A stretch of 64,000 nt of DNA from assembly GCA_963666315.2 (NCBI GenBank), contig CAXXHG010000027.1:18794-82793 (forward strand). Direction: 5' to 3'. This DNA is from Candidatus Binatia bacterium (GTDB lineage Bacteria > Desulfobacterota > Binatia > Bin18). The notes beneath the pieces are model-generated. The model ran no database searches and was not told the DNA's origin. It saw only the letters and a list, made by a program, of their open reading frames with translations. Each line of letters begins with the position of its first letter. The first letter of the stretch is position 1. Made by a program: the position numbers and the translations under genes. Below, one piece after another: positions 49,833 through 60,700 of this stretch.

Positions 49833-50930
49833 TTAGAAGAATTTTATCACGCTGCGGGCCACTCGACTGCCCTGTTTGAGCAGGTCGTACGCCTCATTAA
49901 CCTGTTCGAGGGCAAAGGTCTTGGAGACCAGCTCGTCAATCTTAATCTTCTTATCCATATACATGTCGAGCAAACGCGGCATGTCGATACGGGGACGGGT
50001 GGAGCCATAATAAGAGCCCTGAATTCTTTTCTCCATGAGGGTGAAGACATTGGGATTGATCGAGATGCGAGAGCCCTCCGGAGAAACACCGACCACGGTG
50101 CACAGCCCACCCCGGCCGGTCATTTTAAACGCGAGTTCAATGGTCTTGGGAGTACTGATGACCTCAAAAGTGTAATCAGCGCCGCGTCCGTCGGTCAGCT
50201 CCATGACGGCCTTGAATGGGTCGTCCTGTCCTGGGTTAATGCCGTGCGTCGCGCCGAAGGTCTTAGCGAACTCAAGCTTTGAGTCGAGCAAGTCAACGGC
50301 AATAATCTGGCGTGCGCCGGCGAGCGCGCAGCCCTGGACCACATTCAGGCCAACGCCACCGCAGCCGATAACGACCGTCGAGCTTCCAGCCTGTACGTTG
50401 GCGGTATTAATGGCTGCCCCAATGCCGGTCATCGTGCCGCAGCCGACAAAACAGGCGCGATCAAGTGGCGCGTCTTCACGGATTTTGATCGCGCAACTCT
50501 CGTGCACAACCGCCTCTTCCGCAAACGAGGCCGTATAGGCGAAGTGAAAGATTTCTTCGTTGTTCTTACGCAGGCGCGTCGTACCATCGAGCAGCGTCCC
50601 CAGCGCTTTGGGGCGCGTTTCGCACAAATGCGGTTTGCCCTGGGTGCAGTAATAGCACGTGCCACACACCGGGTTAAAGGAGAGGATGACATGATCACCT
50701 TCTTTGACTGAGGTGACGCCTGCGCCGACTTCTTCAACAATGCCTGCACCTTCATGCCCTAAAACAATAGGCAGCGGCATACGCATATCCCCGGTCATCA
50801 CGTGGAGATCACTATGGCAGGCGCCATTGGCCGCTATTTTTATTTTGACCTCACCGGCTTTAGGCGGATCGATATGGAGATCTTCGATGACGAGTGGCGT
50901 GTTTGGTTCATACAGTACTGCAGCTTTCAT
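49833..50930 (-). CDS. Zn-dependent alcohol dehydrogenase (class III-like)
   Basis: CHSD, GHEGAG, CGTCYYC, GCGGVG. Confidence 0.95.
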   Translation of the reverse strand: MKAAVLYEPNTPLVIEDLHIDPPKAGEVKIKIAANGACHSDLHVMTGDMRMPLPIVLGHEGAGIVEEVGAGVTSVKEGDHVILSFNPVCGTCYYCTQGKPHLCETRPKALGTLLDGTTRLRKNNEEIFHFAYTASFAEEAVVHESCAIKIREDAPLDRACFVGCGTMTGIGAAINTANVQAGSSTVVIGCGGVGLNVVQGCALAGARQIIAVDLLDSKLEFAKTFGATHGINPGQDDPFKAVMELTDGRGADYTFEVISTPKTIELAFKMTGRGGLCTVVGVSPEGSRISINPNVFTLMEKRIQGSYYGSTRPRIDMPRLLDMYMDKKIKIDELVSKTFALEQVNEAYDLLKQGSRVARSVIKFF

Positions 50931-51182
50931 GCGTGTTCCCTCCTGTTGATACAACATGCCCCTGGCAGGGCACCGAGATGATAAACGGCTTGAGGGTGGG
51001 TGTCTAGGAAGTGGGGTTTGAACTCTGCTCCCTCAGCCTGGGTAGGAATTTGAAATCTATGTCCTCTCTCTGCTCTTGCACACGCCCCCTGAGATTCCTT
51101 GCATGTCAATCTTCAAAAGGTGTTGCCAAGGCCTCGGCACTCAGGCAAAACGAAAGCATCTTGAAGAAAAGGAGACAGACTT

Positions 51183-51464
51183 ATGATGTCACTCGTGGCG
51201 AAGCTAACGATCAAGGAAGGTAAAGAACAAGATTTCATCGACGCGATGAAGGACGTTGTGCCTGCCGTGCGTGAAGAGCCAGGCAACCACGCCTATATTA
51301 TGAACCGTTCGAAAGAGAACCCGCGTATATTTGTGTTCTACGAAGAGTATACGGACCAAGCGGCGTTTGATGCCCATCGGAAGCATCTGGGCGAACTTGG
51401 TGTGGACCTTGCGGCCATTCTCGACGGCGCTCCTGTCCTTGAGATCTATGACAAGATCTATTAA
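51183..51464 (+). CDS. antibiotic biosynthesis monooxygenase (ABM) family protein
   Basis: VREEPGN...FVFYEEYTDQAAFDAH. Confidence 0.88.
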   Translation: MMSLVAKLTIKEGKEQDFIDAMKDVVPAVREEPGNHAYIMNRSKENPRIFVFYEEYTDQAAFDAHRKHLGELGVDLAAILDGAPVLEIYDKIY

Positions 51465-51626
51465 GAGTGTGTCTAATAAGTGTCTCTGTGGCCAAAGCCC
51501 GAGCGAAAGCAGCATGACCAAGGCGCCCGAAGCAGCTATATCCGCTGTGATATGGCGATGCAGGGCGACGCTGGACATGCTGCTTGCAGCCGGGCGACGC
51601 CCAGAATGTACTTTTTGGACACGCTC
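51465..51626. mobile_element. MITE with terminal inverted repeats and TAA duplication
   Basis: taa|GAGTGTGTCTAATAAGT...ACTTTTTGGACACGCTC|taa, with internal palindromic arms. Confidence 0.7.
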
Positions 51627-51773
51627 TAAACGCCGTGTGAGCGCCTGACGCAAAAACGTCAGGCGAATTTCTTTGGAGTGTCATGAGAAGGGGTACGGCC
51701 TACCGTACCCCTTCTCCCATTTTCAAAGCAAAAACGGGGCAAAAGCGGGGCAAAAACGGAAGCAGAGAATTCG

Positions 51774-52226
51774 ATGATCGAAATTGATCCACAGCTCAAG
51801 CAAGACGTACAACTAGCGCCGGTGACGGTCACTGCCGAGGACATCAAAGCTTTTGCCGAGGCGCTCGGAGACCTGAACCCTTTGTATCTCGATGCGCAGG
51901 CTGCCCGCCAGGCCGGCTATCCGGATGTGATTGCCCCGCCCATGTTCTGCATGCAAATGCGCGGTGGCCGAATGTTACCTGAGGTGCCACTGCCGTCTGG
52001 CCTCACCAGTTTACATGCGGGTCAAGAGCTCGACTTTTATAACGAAATTGTGGCTGGTCAGACGTATACGATCACCGCGCGAGTGGCTGAGGTATATGAA
52101 AAAACAGGCCGCAGCGGTCCGATGGATATCATCGTCCGGGAGGCGACCATTACAGATGCGACCGGGCGGACGGTGGTCACTATTCGAGAACGGCAAATCG
52201 TGCGCTCTCCAGACAAAAAGATCTAA
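51774..52226 (+). CDS. MaoC-like (FAS1 dehydratase) hotdog protein
   Basis: FAEALGDLNPLY, IAPPMF, LHAGQE, EKTGRSG. Confidence 0.88.
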   Translation: MIEIDPQLKQDVQLAPVTVTAEDIKAFAEALGDLNPLYLDAQAARQAGYPDVIAPPMFCMQMRGGRMLPEVPLPSGLTSLHAGQELDFYNEIVAGQTYTITARVAEVYEKTGRSGPMDIIVREATITDATGRTVVTIRERQIVRSPDKKI

Positions 52227-52228
52227 GT

Positions 52229-53296
52229 TTAAGCTGTGGGTAATATCACAGAGAAGCGTGTACCCCGCCCCAGAGTGCTCTTAACCTCCACCCGGCCGTC
52301 GTGCGCTTCGACGAGAGCCTTCACAATAAAGAGTCCGATCCCGCTCCCTGCGTAAGGGGTGGCGTTTTCGGCTCGCCGATACTCTTCAAAGATGGTGGGG
52401 ATTTCCTGTGGGGCAATACCTACCCCGGTATCGGCCACTGCGCCGATGATGCTGTCCCTTTTTTTGTCAAGTCTGCTGCTGATCGTAATTGTTCCTCGCC
52501 CAGGGGTAAATTTCAGCGCGTTAGTAACCAGATTCGTAAAGACCCGCTCCAGAGCACGCGTATCACCCCGTACGAGCGGGAGATCAGTATGCAGGCGAAA
52601 CTTGAGGGCACTCCGTCGTCGGCCTGCTTCTACCTCGTACTGTTGTCCAATACGACGTAGCAAGTCATTGAGATGCAATGCGCACCTGGCCAGAGTCAGG
52701 CGACCTGCCTCAATTTGGGTCACATCGAGGTAGTTTGTAAGCAAGGAGTCCACCGTCAAGACGTTACTTTTGAGACGCTCGATCAACCGTTCTTTCTCGC
52801 CCGCTTTGCGCTCTCGTGCTTCTGCCAATAGCATTTCCGAGTAACCGAGAATGACACCCAGCGGATTCTTAATGTCGTGGGTCAGCATGGTAAGGAAATC
52901 CGTACGTTGACGTTCCAGTTGGCGTCGAGCCGTAATGTCTCGGGCCAGCCCCCACACCCCGATGATCGTTCCCCCATTTTCCACCTGTGGGGTCGCTAGA
53001 CATTCGACAACCACGTAGGTGCCGGACTGGGTGTGGAGGCGTAATTCGAGACTAGAGACGGATTCGCCACAGGCAGCGCGCCGAAAGAACTCACCGGCAC
53101 AGGTGGCATCATCCGGATGGAGGAGCGGTGTCAATGATTTTCTGAGCCACTCCGTACGCGGAAAACCGGTAAGTGTTTCAAAGGCAGGATTGAGCGCTGT
53201 GATCCGCAGCTCAGGGGAAAGGACAAAAATGATTTCGTGTGATCGCTCAACAAGGCCTCGATACTGCTGCTCAGATCGACGCAGGGCGTGCTCCAT
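52229..53296 (-). CDS. PAS-domain sensor histidine kinase (upstream extension cut by in-frame TGA at 53315-53317)
   Basis: HPDD PAS motif, THDIKNPL, NLVTNALKFT, GSGIGL. Confidence 0.9.
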   Translation of the reverse strand: MEHALRRSEQQYRGLVERSHEIIFVLSPELRITALNPAFETLTGFPRTEWLRKSLTPLLHPDDATCAGEFFRRAACGESVSSLELRLHTQSGTYVVVECLATPQVENGGTIIGVWGLARDITARRQLERQRTDFLTMLTHDIKNPLGVILGYSEMLLAEARERKAGEKERLIERLKSNVLTVDSLLTNYLDVTQIEAGRLTLARCALHLNDLLRRIGQQYEVEAGRRRSALKFRLHTDLPLVRGDTRALERVFTNLVTNALKFTPGRGTITISSRLDKKRDSIIGAVADTGVGIAPQEIPTIFEEYRRAENATPYAGSGIGLFIVKALVEAHDGRVEVKSTLGRGTRFSVILPTA

Positions 53297-53610
53297 TTTT
53301 TGATGTTCAACGTCTCAAGCTCGCAACTCCACATTTTGCTGATGTAAAATTGTCAGTTCGGCGAGCAGCTGAGCTTTGGTCTTTATTGCGCCTGGAGCGA
53401 CTGATGTCCGCAAAAGCCCGTGTCCTTTTTGTCGGTTCTGGATACGGCCGAGTTCGATCCGAGACAGGCCGTACCCAGAACGATCTGCCAGCGGTGTTGG
53501 GCCCGTACCTAAATCAAAAAAGCTGTCTCCTTGTATCGGCATGTGCTTCGCTTTCTTTAAGACTCTGGCAGGATGCAGCCGAGTCGTGTAAACAAATGCC
53601 TGAGTAGTGG

Positions 53611-53625
53611 GCTGAGGCTGTGCCA
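53611..53625 (-). promoter_or_regulatory. putative sigma-54 promoter
   Basis: TGGCACAGCCTCAGC (GG-N10-GC). Confidence 0.5.
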
Positions 53626-53794
53626 GGCTGAGCAGTTGAAAGAGGGCAAATATTCAAAGCCTGTCAAAACCTTTTATGACGTCTTGAGGTTTCGTGGATG
53701 CTCATTTCCCTCCACTAGCAGAGGGATTTTTCTATAGATCAAGCACTCTGAGGTAACGTTTGCGACGGCTGATTGTTCCCGGAGAAAGAGTACT

Positions 53795-54769
53795 ATGCGT
53801 ATCACCCTAGATCCGTGGGGAGGCGATTATGCCAGCCAGCTTGCAATTCCTGACGGAGCCGAGAACGACGACTCCGCTTCACGAGTCGCAGATGAACAGA
53901 TTGAAGACCGCCCCTGGGCGCCTCTTGATTCCCAACCGCCAACTTCGCCTAGTGTGACAGCCGTTGTCGATGGGGTGATGCGGAGTGATGCACTCGGCAT
54001 GGTGAGCGAAGGGCGGCGGAGCGCCCTCGCCCTGTTTGGGTCCTATGCCGCCGGGGCTGTCGTCATTGGATCCCCGGTGCAGGTGGTTGAACGGAAGGTC
54101 GACCGCCTCCTCATTATAGGTGGGAACTGGCTCGATCCTGATTCTGTTGAACTGCCTTCAAATACGGGCGCGTCCTTAGTATACGATGGGATGAGTTCCT
54201 CTGCGGAAACATATGAGGAAATTCGCTCTGCCTTGATAGACGAGATGCGCAGAGCCGAGGCTCAAGTAGCAGAAACCCTGGCTGCTCGCGAATACCTCGT
54301 TCTGGCGGATGGGAATCTGTCATTTTATGGCGGAGGATCCTCTGTGGTTGGCGTCATAAAGAGAGTCCAGAGGATTTATCTTTCCCCTGAGAAGGCACGA
54401 CTTCTGGAGAAACTCCAAACGGGCCAACGGACTCCTCTTTTCCGTATTGAAAGTGGTCGGAAAAGTGGGGGCTACGACGTGTTTAGCTGCTATCTGCGTC
54501 TCGCCCAACCACAATCTTTTGAAGTCCCATTGGCTGGATTAGTTCGTCTGGAAGTGAACGCCTCTCTTTCCGAAGATACGGTCGTGCCACTGATGGAGCA
54601 GGCGGCGAAGACAGTCAGCGAGCTTGCTTCCCACGCCCCCAAAGATCCCCGAGCGCCTCAGAATCTTATTCCAGTCGCTGGTTTAGAGCGAGACTTACGC
54701 CATAGATTGGGTGACCCGCAGTTGGTGCTGCGCCGTATTCGGCAAAAACTGCAAGCCATACAGGAGTGA
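53795..54769 (+). CDS. nurA: NurA-like nuclease
   Basis: LDPW, VVDGVMR, LADGNL, GVIK, QRTPLF, KDPRAPQNLIP. Confidence 0.82.
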   Translation: MRITLDPWGGDYASQLAIPDGAENDDSASRVADEQIEDRPWAPLDSQPPTSPSVTAVVDGVMRSDALGMVSEGRRSALALFGSYAAGAVVIGSPVQVVERKVDRLLIIGGNWLDPDSVELPSNTGASLVYDGMSSSAETYEEIRSALIDEMRRAEAQVAETLAAREYLVLADGNLSFYGGGSSVVGVIKRVQRIYLSPEKARLLEKLQTGQRTPLFRIESGRKSGGYDVFSCYLRLAQPQSFEVPLAGLVRLEVNASLSEDTVVPLMEQAAKTVSELASHAPKDPRAPQNLIPVAGLERDLRHRLGDPQLVLRRIRQKLQAIQE

Positions 54770-54828
54770 TCATCGGGTCAGAGGTCTTGTTTGTCCGTTG
54801 TGTCCATTCTATCCATGAGGGAGGAAGC

Positions 54829-56526
54829 ATGGGAAAAGTTATCGGCACGCAAGATGCCACGCCCTTAGAGTTTTGGATGCTGCTTGAAGAGGGCGAACAA
54901 GTCCAGATGGACGAAGCTGTAGTCGTGGATACGACGACTCCGGATGGAGAGAAGCTTCAACTCTTCGGCATCATCGACATCATTCGTGCCAAGCATCAAG
55001 GATCAACCTATGATTCTGATGTGATAGAAGCCGAACGTGGCCTACTCCCGGTTGAGTTGTCGATTGCTGCGCATGTCAAAATAACTCGCATCCTGCCCGA
55101 ATTTTACTATCCTCCTCTTCCTGGACGTTCCGTTCGTGTTGTGAGCGGGGACGAATATTCCCAGGCGCTCTTTATGGACAAGATGGAGCGTAAGTTTCCG
55201 ATCGGACTGTCTCTGTCAGGTAAAGAGGTCGTGTATGGCAATCTCGATTTTCTCAACGGACGCAAGGGCGCGCATATGAATATCAGCGGCGTGTCAGGCA
55301 TCGCGACCAAGACGACCTATGCAATTTTTTTACTCCATAGCCTGCTGCACTGCGGCCATCTGACCGACGCAAAGAATACACACGCCATTATCTTCAATGT
55401 CAAAGGCGAAGACCTCTTGTTCTTGGACAAAGCGAGTAACGCCATCAAGCTCGAAGACGAAGCCCTGTACGCCCAGATGGGTCTGCCTGCCGAGCCATTT
55501 GATTCCGTCCAGTTCTATGTGCCGCCCACTGAGAATGCGCGCGGGCCGATCATGCCCAAGGTCGGAGCGCGTAAGGCGGATGAAGTCATAGCATATTTTT
55601 GGACCATACGCGATTTTTGTCGCGAGCGCCTGCTGCGCTATCTGTTTACCGAAGGCGGGGAGGAGGCCTCGCTGCTCTCAACCCTGATTTACCAGGTAGA
55701 GCGCAAGCTCTTGGAAGCCGCACAGGACGCGGACAAAGACGGCTCAGGCCCAGGCGTGTTCGTATCGCTTGTGAAGGACGACGGCGACGAAGAAGCCGTC
55801 CCCCCGACTGAGATTAGAAACTTTCCAGCCCTGCTCCGGGCTCTGGAAGTGCTCGCCAGTTCAACCAATCACTCAGCAGGTACGGTTGGGGCCTTCATGC
55901 GGCGCTTATATGGTGCAGAGGAGAAGATTGCGCATATTATCCGCGACCCGGAGGATTCCGATGCAACCCAGCACGCGATCAACTGGCGCAACAAGCAGGT
56001 AACGGTGGTCAGTCTGTCCGGACTGTATGAAGTCGCGAAGAGCTTTGTTGTGGGCTCCGTACTGCAGCAAATTCAGCAAGAGAAAGAAGCGACCGGATCA
56101 GCGGAGCCGCTGTGTTTTGTCGTGGTGGATGAATTGAACCGCTACGCCCCGCGCGAGGGCTGGTCGCCTATTGGGGAACGATTGCTCGAAATTGCCGAGC
56201 GGGGACGATCAAGTGGGACAATTTTGATCGGCGCGCAGCAAACGGCATCTGAGGTGGAACGCCGCATTGTTGCGAATCCAGCCTTTCGGATTGTGGGTCG
56301 GTTGGATGCTGCAGAAGCCGAGCGTGCGGAATACGGATTTTTGCCCCCGACTCTACGCCAACGCGCCGCTATTTTGACTTCCGGTCGGATGATCGTGTCC
56401 CAGCCTGATATCCCAACCCCGATACCGATTCTGTTCCCTATGCCGGCTTGGGCCACACGAGCGGAGGAACAGAAACTGCCGCCTGCCAACCTGAAGCTGC
56501 GCCGTGTCAGAGAAAGTGAGTATTAG
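54829..56526 (+). CDS. herA: HerA-like ATPase/helicase
   Basis: HAS-barrel-like N-terminus, variant Walker A ISGVSGIATKT, FNVKGEDL, Walker B VVVDELNRYAP, ERGRS. Confidence 0.85.
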   Translation: MGKVIGTQDATPLEFWMLLEEGEQVQMDEAVVVDTTTPDGEKLQLFGIIDIIRAKHQGSTYDSDVIEAERGLLPVELSIAAHVKITRILPEFYYPPLPGRSVRVVSGDEYSQALFMDKMERKFPIGLSLSGKEVVYGNLDFLNGRKGAHMNISGVSGIATKTTYAIFLLHSLLHCGHLTDAKNTHAIIFNVKGEDLLFLDKASNAIKLEDEALYAQMGLPAEPFDSVQFYVPPTENARGPIMPKVGARKADEVIAYFWTIRDFCRERLLRYLFTEGGEEASLLSTLIYQVERKLLEAAQDADKDGSGPGVFVSLVKDDGDEEAVPPTEIRNFPALLRALEVLASSTNHSAGTVGAFMRRLYGAEEKIAHIIRDPEDSDATQHAINWRNKQVTVVSLSGLYEVAKSFVVGSVLQQIQQEKEATGSAEPLCFVVVDELNRYAPREGWSPIGERLLEIAERGRSSGTILIGAQQTASEVERRIVANPAFRIVGRLDAAEAERAEYGFLPPTLRQRAAILTSGRMIVSQPDIPTPIPILFPMPAWATRAEEQKLPPANLKLRRVRESEY

Positions 56527-56541
56527 GGCAGCGGTGTTCGT

Positions 56542-57726
56542 ATGCGATTTCTCCACACCTCAGATTGGCACGTCGGCCGCACCATCCGCAGTCGCTCGCG
56601 CATGGACGAGCACCGGGCCGTATTTGCCGAGATCGTTGACATTGCGAAACAGGAGCAGGTGGATGCCGTCCTGGTGACTGGCGATATTTTTCACGAGCGC
56701 CGCCCGCCTCTTGCCGCAGAGGAGCTTGTCGCCCACACCTTGGCGGAGCTGGCACGGGCAAATATCGTGTCTGTACTGATTCCCGGCAATCATGACGATC
56801 CTGCGCGCCTGCGCACGCTGAAACCCTTGGGCGATTTACTGCAAGTCCATATTATGGCGGACTTGAGTGAAGATCCGACGGACTTAATCGTGCCGATTCA
56901 AGGCCGTAGACAACACGAGCAGGCCCTCGTCAGTTGTCTGCCCTACCTCCATCCGCACCAGGTGTTGACGGCAGCAGAAGGGACGGACAAGAGCGAGAAC
57001 CAACGGCTCAGCACCTATAAAAGCAAGGTCCAAGACTATCTGCGCATGTTGGAAGAAACGGTGCTGCAGATGGACAAAGAGGCCGTCTCCATATGTATGG
57101 TGCATGCCCATATTTCGGGCACGGAATTCGGCGGGGGAGAATGGCGGTCGAGCGTGTTTCCCATTGACGCCGGTATTCTCCCGAAGCACGTTCACTATGT
57201 CGCTCTTGGTCATATGCATCAGCCGCAGAAAGTCGCTGGGACGAAAGCCCAAACCCGCTATGCCGGATCCATCTTGCAAATGGATTTTGGCGAACGCGGA
57301 CAACAGAAGAGCGTGTGCCTGATCGAGGCCCATCCCGGCAAACCGGCGGAAGTCTCTCAGATTGCGCTGACGAAAGGCAAGTCACTCCTGCGCCGGACAG
57401 GAACGGCAGAAGAAATCTTGTCGCAAGCGGAGGAGTTCGCCAATGCTTGGGTCGAGGTGGTTCTGAAATCAGAAGGGCAAACGCCTGAGCTGATCGAACG
57501 CATTCGTGCCCTGCCTGGCGTGATCTCGCTCCGGTTTGAGGAGAGACAAACTAGTGCCTCGGACAGTAGCATTGCTGCCGTGCAGCATCCACGTGACCGG
57601 CCGGCAGCCGAGCTTTTTACGGAATATTACAAGATACGCCGCAACGCCGAGCCTGAGCCCCAGCTCATCGCATTGTTTGAGCGGCTGTATAGGGAAGTGA
57701 GCACAGGCAGCGATGATCCAGTATGA
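56542..57726 (+). CDS. sbcD: SbcD/Mre11 nuclease
   Basis: HTSDWHVG, GDIF, PGNHD, ALGHMH, YAGS. Confidence 0.93.
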   Translation: MRFLHTSDWHVGRTIRSRSRMDEHRAVFAEIVDIAKQEQVDAVLVTGDIFHERRPPLAAEELVAHTLAELARANIVSVLIPGNHDDPARLRTLKPLGDLLQVHIMADLSEDPTDLIVPIQGRRQHEQALVSCLPYLHPHQVLTAAEGTDKSENQRLSTYKSKVQDYLRMLEETVLQMDKEAVSICMVHAHISGTEFGGGEWRSSVFPIDAGILPKHVHYVALGHMHQPQKVAGTKAQTRYAGSILQMDFGERGQQKSVCLIEAHPGKPAEVSQIALTKGKSLLRRTGTAEEILSQAEEFANAWVEVVLKSEGQTPELIERIRALPGVISLRFEERQTSASDSSIAAVQHPRDRPAAELFTEYYKIRRNAEPEPQLIALFERLYREVSTGSDDPV

Positions 57727-57789
57727 GTGCGCGCTGCTCATCTGGGGGATGGTCAACCTCTACCCTCTAACCCTTAATCCCGCGTCACT

Positions 57790-60700
57790 ATGAGACCGCA
57801 GAAACTCATTCTGAAAAACTTCATGCCCTTTCGGGTGACCGGAGATCAGGCCCACGAAGTGGACTTTTCGCCGCTCGACCTCTTTTCCATTACCGGACCT
57901 ATGGCAAGTGGAAAGTCTGCTCTTATCGACGCCATTGTGTGGTGTCTGTATGGCCGAACTGCCCGTTATGGTACGGATTCAAAAGGCGTCATATCAGCGG
58001 GCGAGCACACGTGCGAAGTCGCTTTGGATTTTACAGTCGGCAAGCGTTGGTTTCGGGCTGTACGCAGGACGGGCAAAATCACAGATTCCGGTTTGAGCGA
58101 ACGCGAAGGCCAAGGCGAAAGCGAAGAATGGATACAGGATAGATCCGGGTCTGCGTTGTTGACCAAGAGGATTGAAGAATTGCTGGGACTGGACTTCGAC
58201 AGTTTCACCAAAACAGTCATCCTGCCGCAGGGGCAATACGCCGAGTTTCTGACCAGCGAACCTAAAAAACGGCGCGACCTCTTAGCCAAAATTCTTGAAC
58301 TCGGCGTCTACTCACGTGTTGCAGACCAAGCCAAGTTCGCCGCAGCACAGGCCAAAACACGCGCGGAAACTCTGCGCGAAACGTTATTCCAATATGCTGG
58401 GCTGAGCCGGGACCACATCATCCTCCAGAAGCAAGAGCTGTCCGTACTCATCCACCGGATTGAAGAAATTTCTCAGCAAGAGCAGCTGTTACAACACGTA
58501 GGACAACAAGTCGACCGAGTCGCCGGACTACGCAGTCGTATAGCTGAGCTGCAGGCCGAGATACAGTCGCGTCAGCAGGAGCAAGAACTTGCCCATAAAA
58601 AGTCTGATGAAGCCGTCGCGCACGTGCGTGTACTGACGCAAGAGTTAGCGCAAATCAGCCAAGAACGGGAAGCGCTCGGATATAATGCCGCCCGCCATGA
58701 CATTGTCAAACGTGCCATGGCCCACCTCGATGAATGGGCCGTGGCGCGCCAAGAGGCGGATCAGAAAAACATTGAACTTATCCAGGTGCAGGAAGAAGTC
58801 GGCGCGCTGAGACAACAGATCACAGCCCACAGACAGCAAGTCGAACAAGGACAGCTGCAGCAAACGGCTCACACTGCCGCGTTTGAGCAAGTCATTGCCC
58901 AAACGGGCGACGTGACCGCCCTCACAGAAAAGCTTGGCGCAGCAAAACGCTGGAAAGAGCTGCAACAACAGCAACAAAAATTGACTGCGCACATTGAGTC
59001 CGTGCGTCAGCAACAATCGACTATCCAACAATCCCTGAATGACTTGCAGCAGCAAGCGGCTACGCACGAGCAGACTGCCCGGGAGCTGAAAGACAAACGC
59101 GAACGAGCGAAAGAAGACGCGCAGCAAAAGCGCCAATTGACGGCTGAAGCCGAGCTCCTAGGCCGAGAACTGCAAGAGGCAGCGAAGGCGGAGAAGCGGG
59201 CACAGGCGGAAGTTGAGACAGCGCGAGCCGCACTCGCCACAGCAGATCAGGCCGTACAGCACGCGCAGCAAAGCCTGGCCCAAGCTGAAGAACAGGAGCA
59301 GGCTGCCCGCACGGCGCTTGAAGACAATCAGCGTCTGTCTGAGGCTGCACACCTGCGCGAGACACTGCACATCGGCGACGCCTGTCCCGTCTGTCAGAGG
59401 GCGGTCAGCGAAATCCCAGTCGTGCCAGAGGCAGGAACTGACTCGAAGCGGTTGCGGTCTCAAATGGAACGCGCCACAAAGACTGCTGAGCAGACACGAA
59501 GGACTGCCCAAGAGTCACGTAGTGCGGTTGCGGCGGGCAAGGCTCGACTTGATATCGCGCGGCCGGAGTTCAAAGAACGCGCACGCACCCGTCAAGAAGT
59601 CCAAACCCGATTCGTGTCACGTTTCCCTGGATATGCGTCTCTTGCTGAAGCACTGAGCGCTTTACAAGTGCAACAGCAAGAGCTGATGGCTACGCTCAAA
59701 GACATTGAAGTCCAGACTGTGTCTGTTGAGCAAGAAAAAGCGAGACTGCTGCGCCAGCGTGAAACCGCGCAACAAGAAAATGCAAAGTTGGCCGAGGCGC
59801 TACGAAGCACGACGGAGAGTCTGGACAACGGTACACGCCAGTTGGCAGTGCTGGGGCGTACGCTTGTGGAATTTCTTGCTCCTGGAGAGGATCCTGAGCA
59901 CAGCGTGGCCCAACACCGGAGCACGGTTATTCGCGCTGAACAGCAGCTGAAAGAATCTGAGCAAGCCCTGCGTCAGGCGGAATCGGGCCTGAACACACTC
60001 AATACAACACACGTCCAAAAAGAGGGCAGTCTAGCATTGCTCGCATCTCAACACGATGGTGCGCTGTTACGAGCAAATCGAGAAGCGCAGGTCGTGCGAG
60101 CATGCTTTGATCTCGCTCAGGACGCATCTTTGCCCAAGCCCCAGGAAGTACACAACGAGCTCAACGCCCTTACGCAAAAACAGACCCTGCACACAAGTTT
60201 GTTGCCGCAAGAAGAGAAAATTCAGGCACGTCGAGAGAATGACGAACGTCAGGCGGCTGAGTTTCAGGCCGAGCTCCAGGCACGAGGGCGGGTGCTGGAA
60301 GAAACACAGCAGAAATTACGGCACACGCAACACACGCGCGAAGAGGAAAGGGACCGACTGCACGAGACGATCCGGCAACACAACCTCGCCGAGACAGGTG
60401 AAGACGGAGAAAATATTAAAACACAGTGTGAGACCGTACGCGCAAGAATGATAGCGCTGCAAGAACAACGCGGCCGGTTAGAAGCCGAACACGCAGAAGC
60501 AGAGCGCCGCTGTCATGAGAAGGAACACGAAGAAGAAAAGCTCCACGCAGCGGAAACCGAAGAACGCTTGGCATCCGAGCTGCGGAAGCTTTTAGGCGCG
60601 GAGTTTACCGACTTTCTTTCGCGTGGGGCGATCGAAGCCTTGATGCACGATGCCTCGGCCCATCTCCAACGCTTGACGCACGGCCGGTACGCATTCGACA

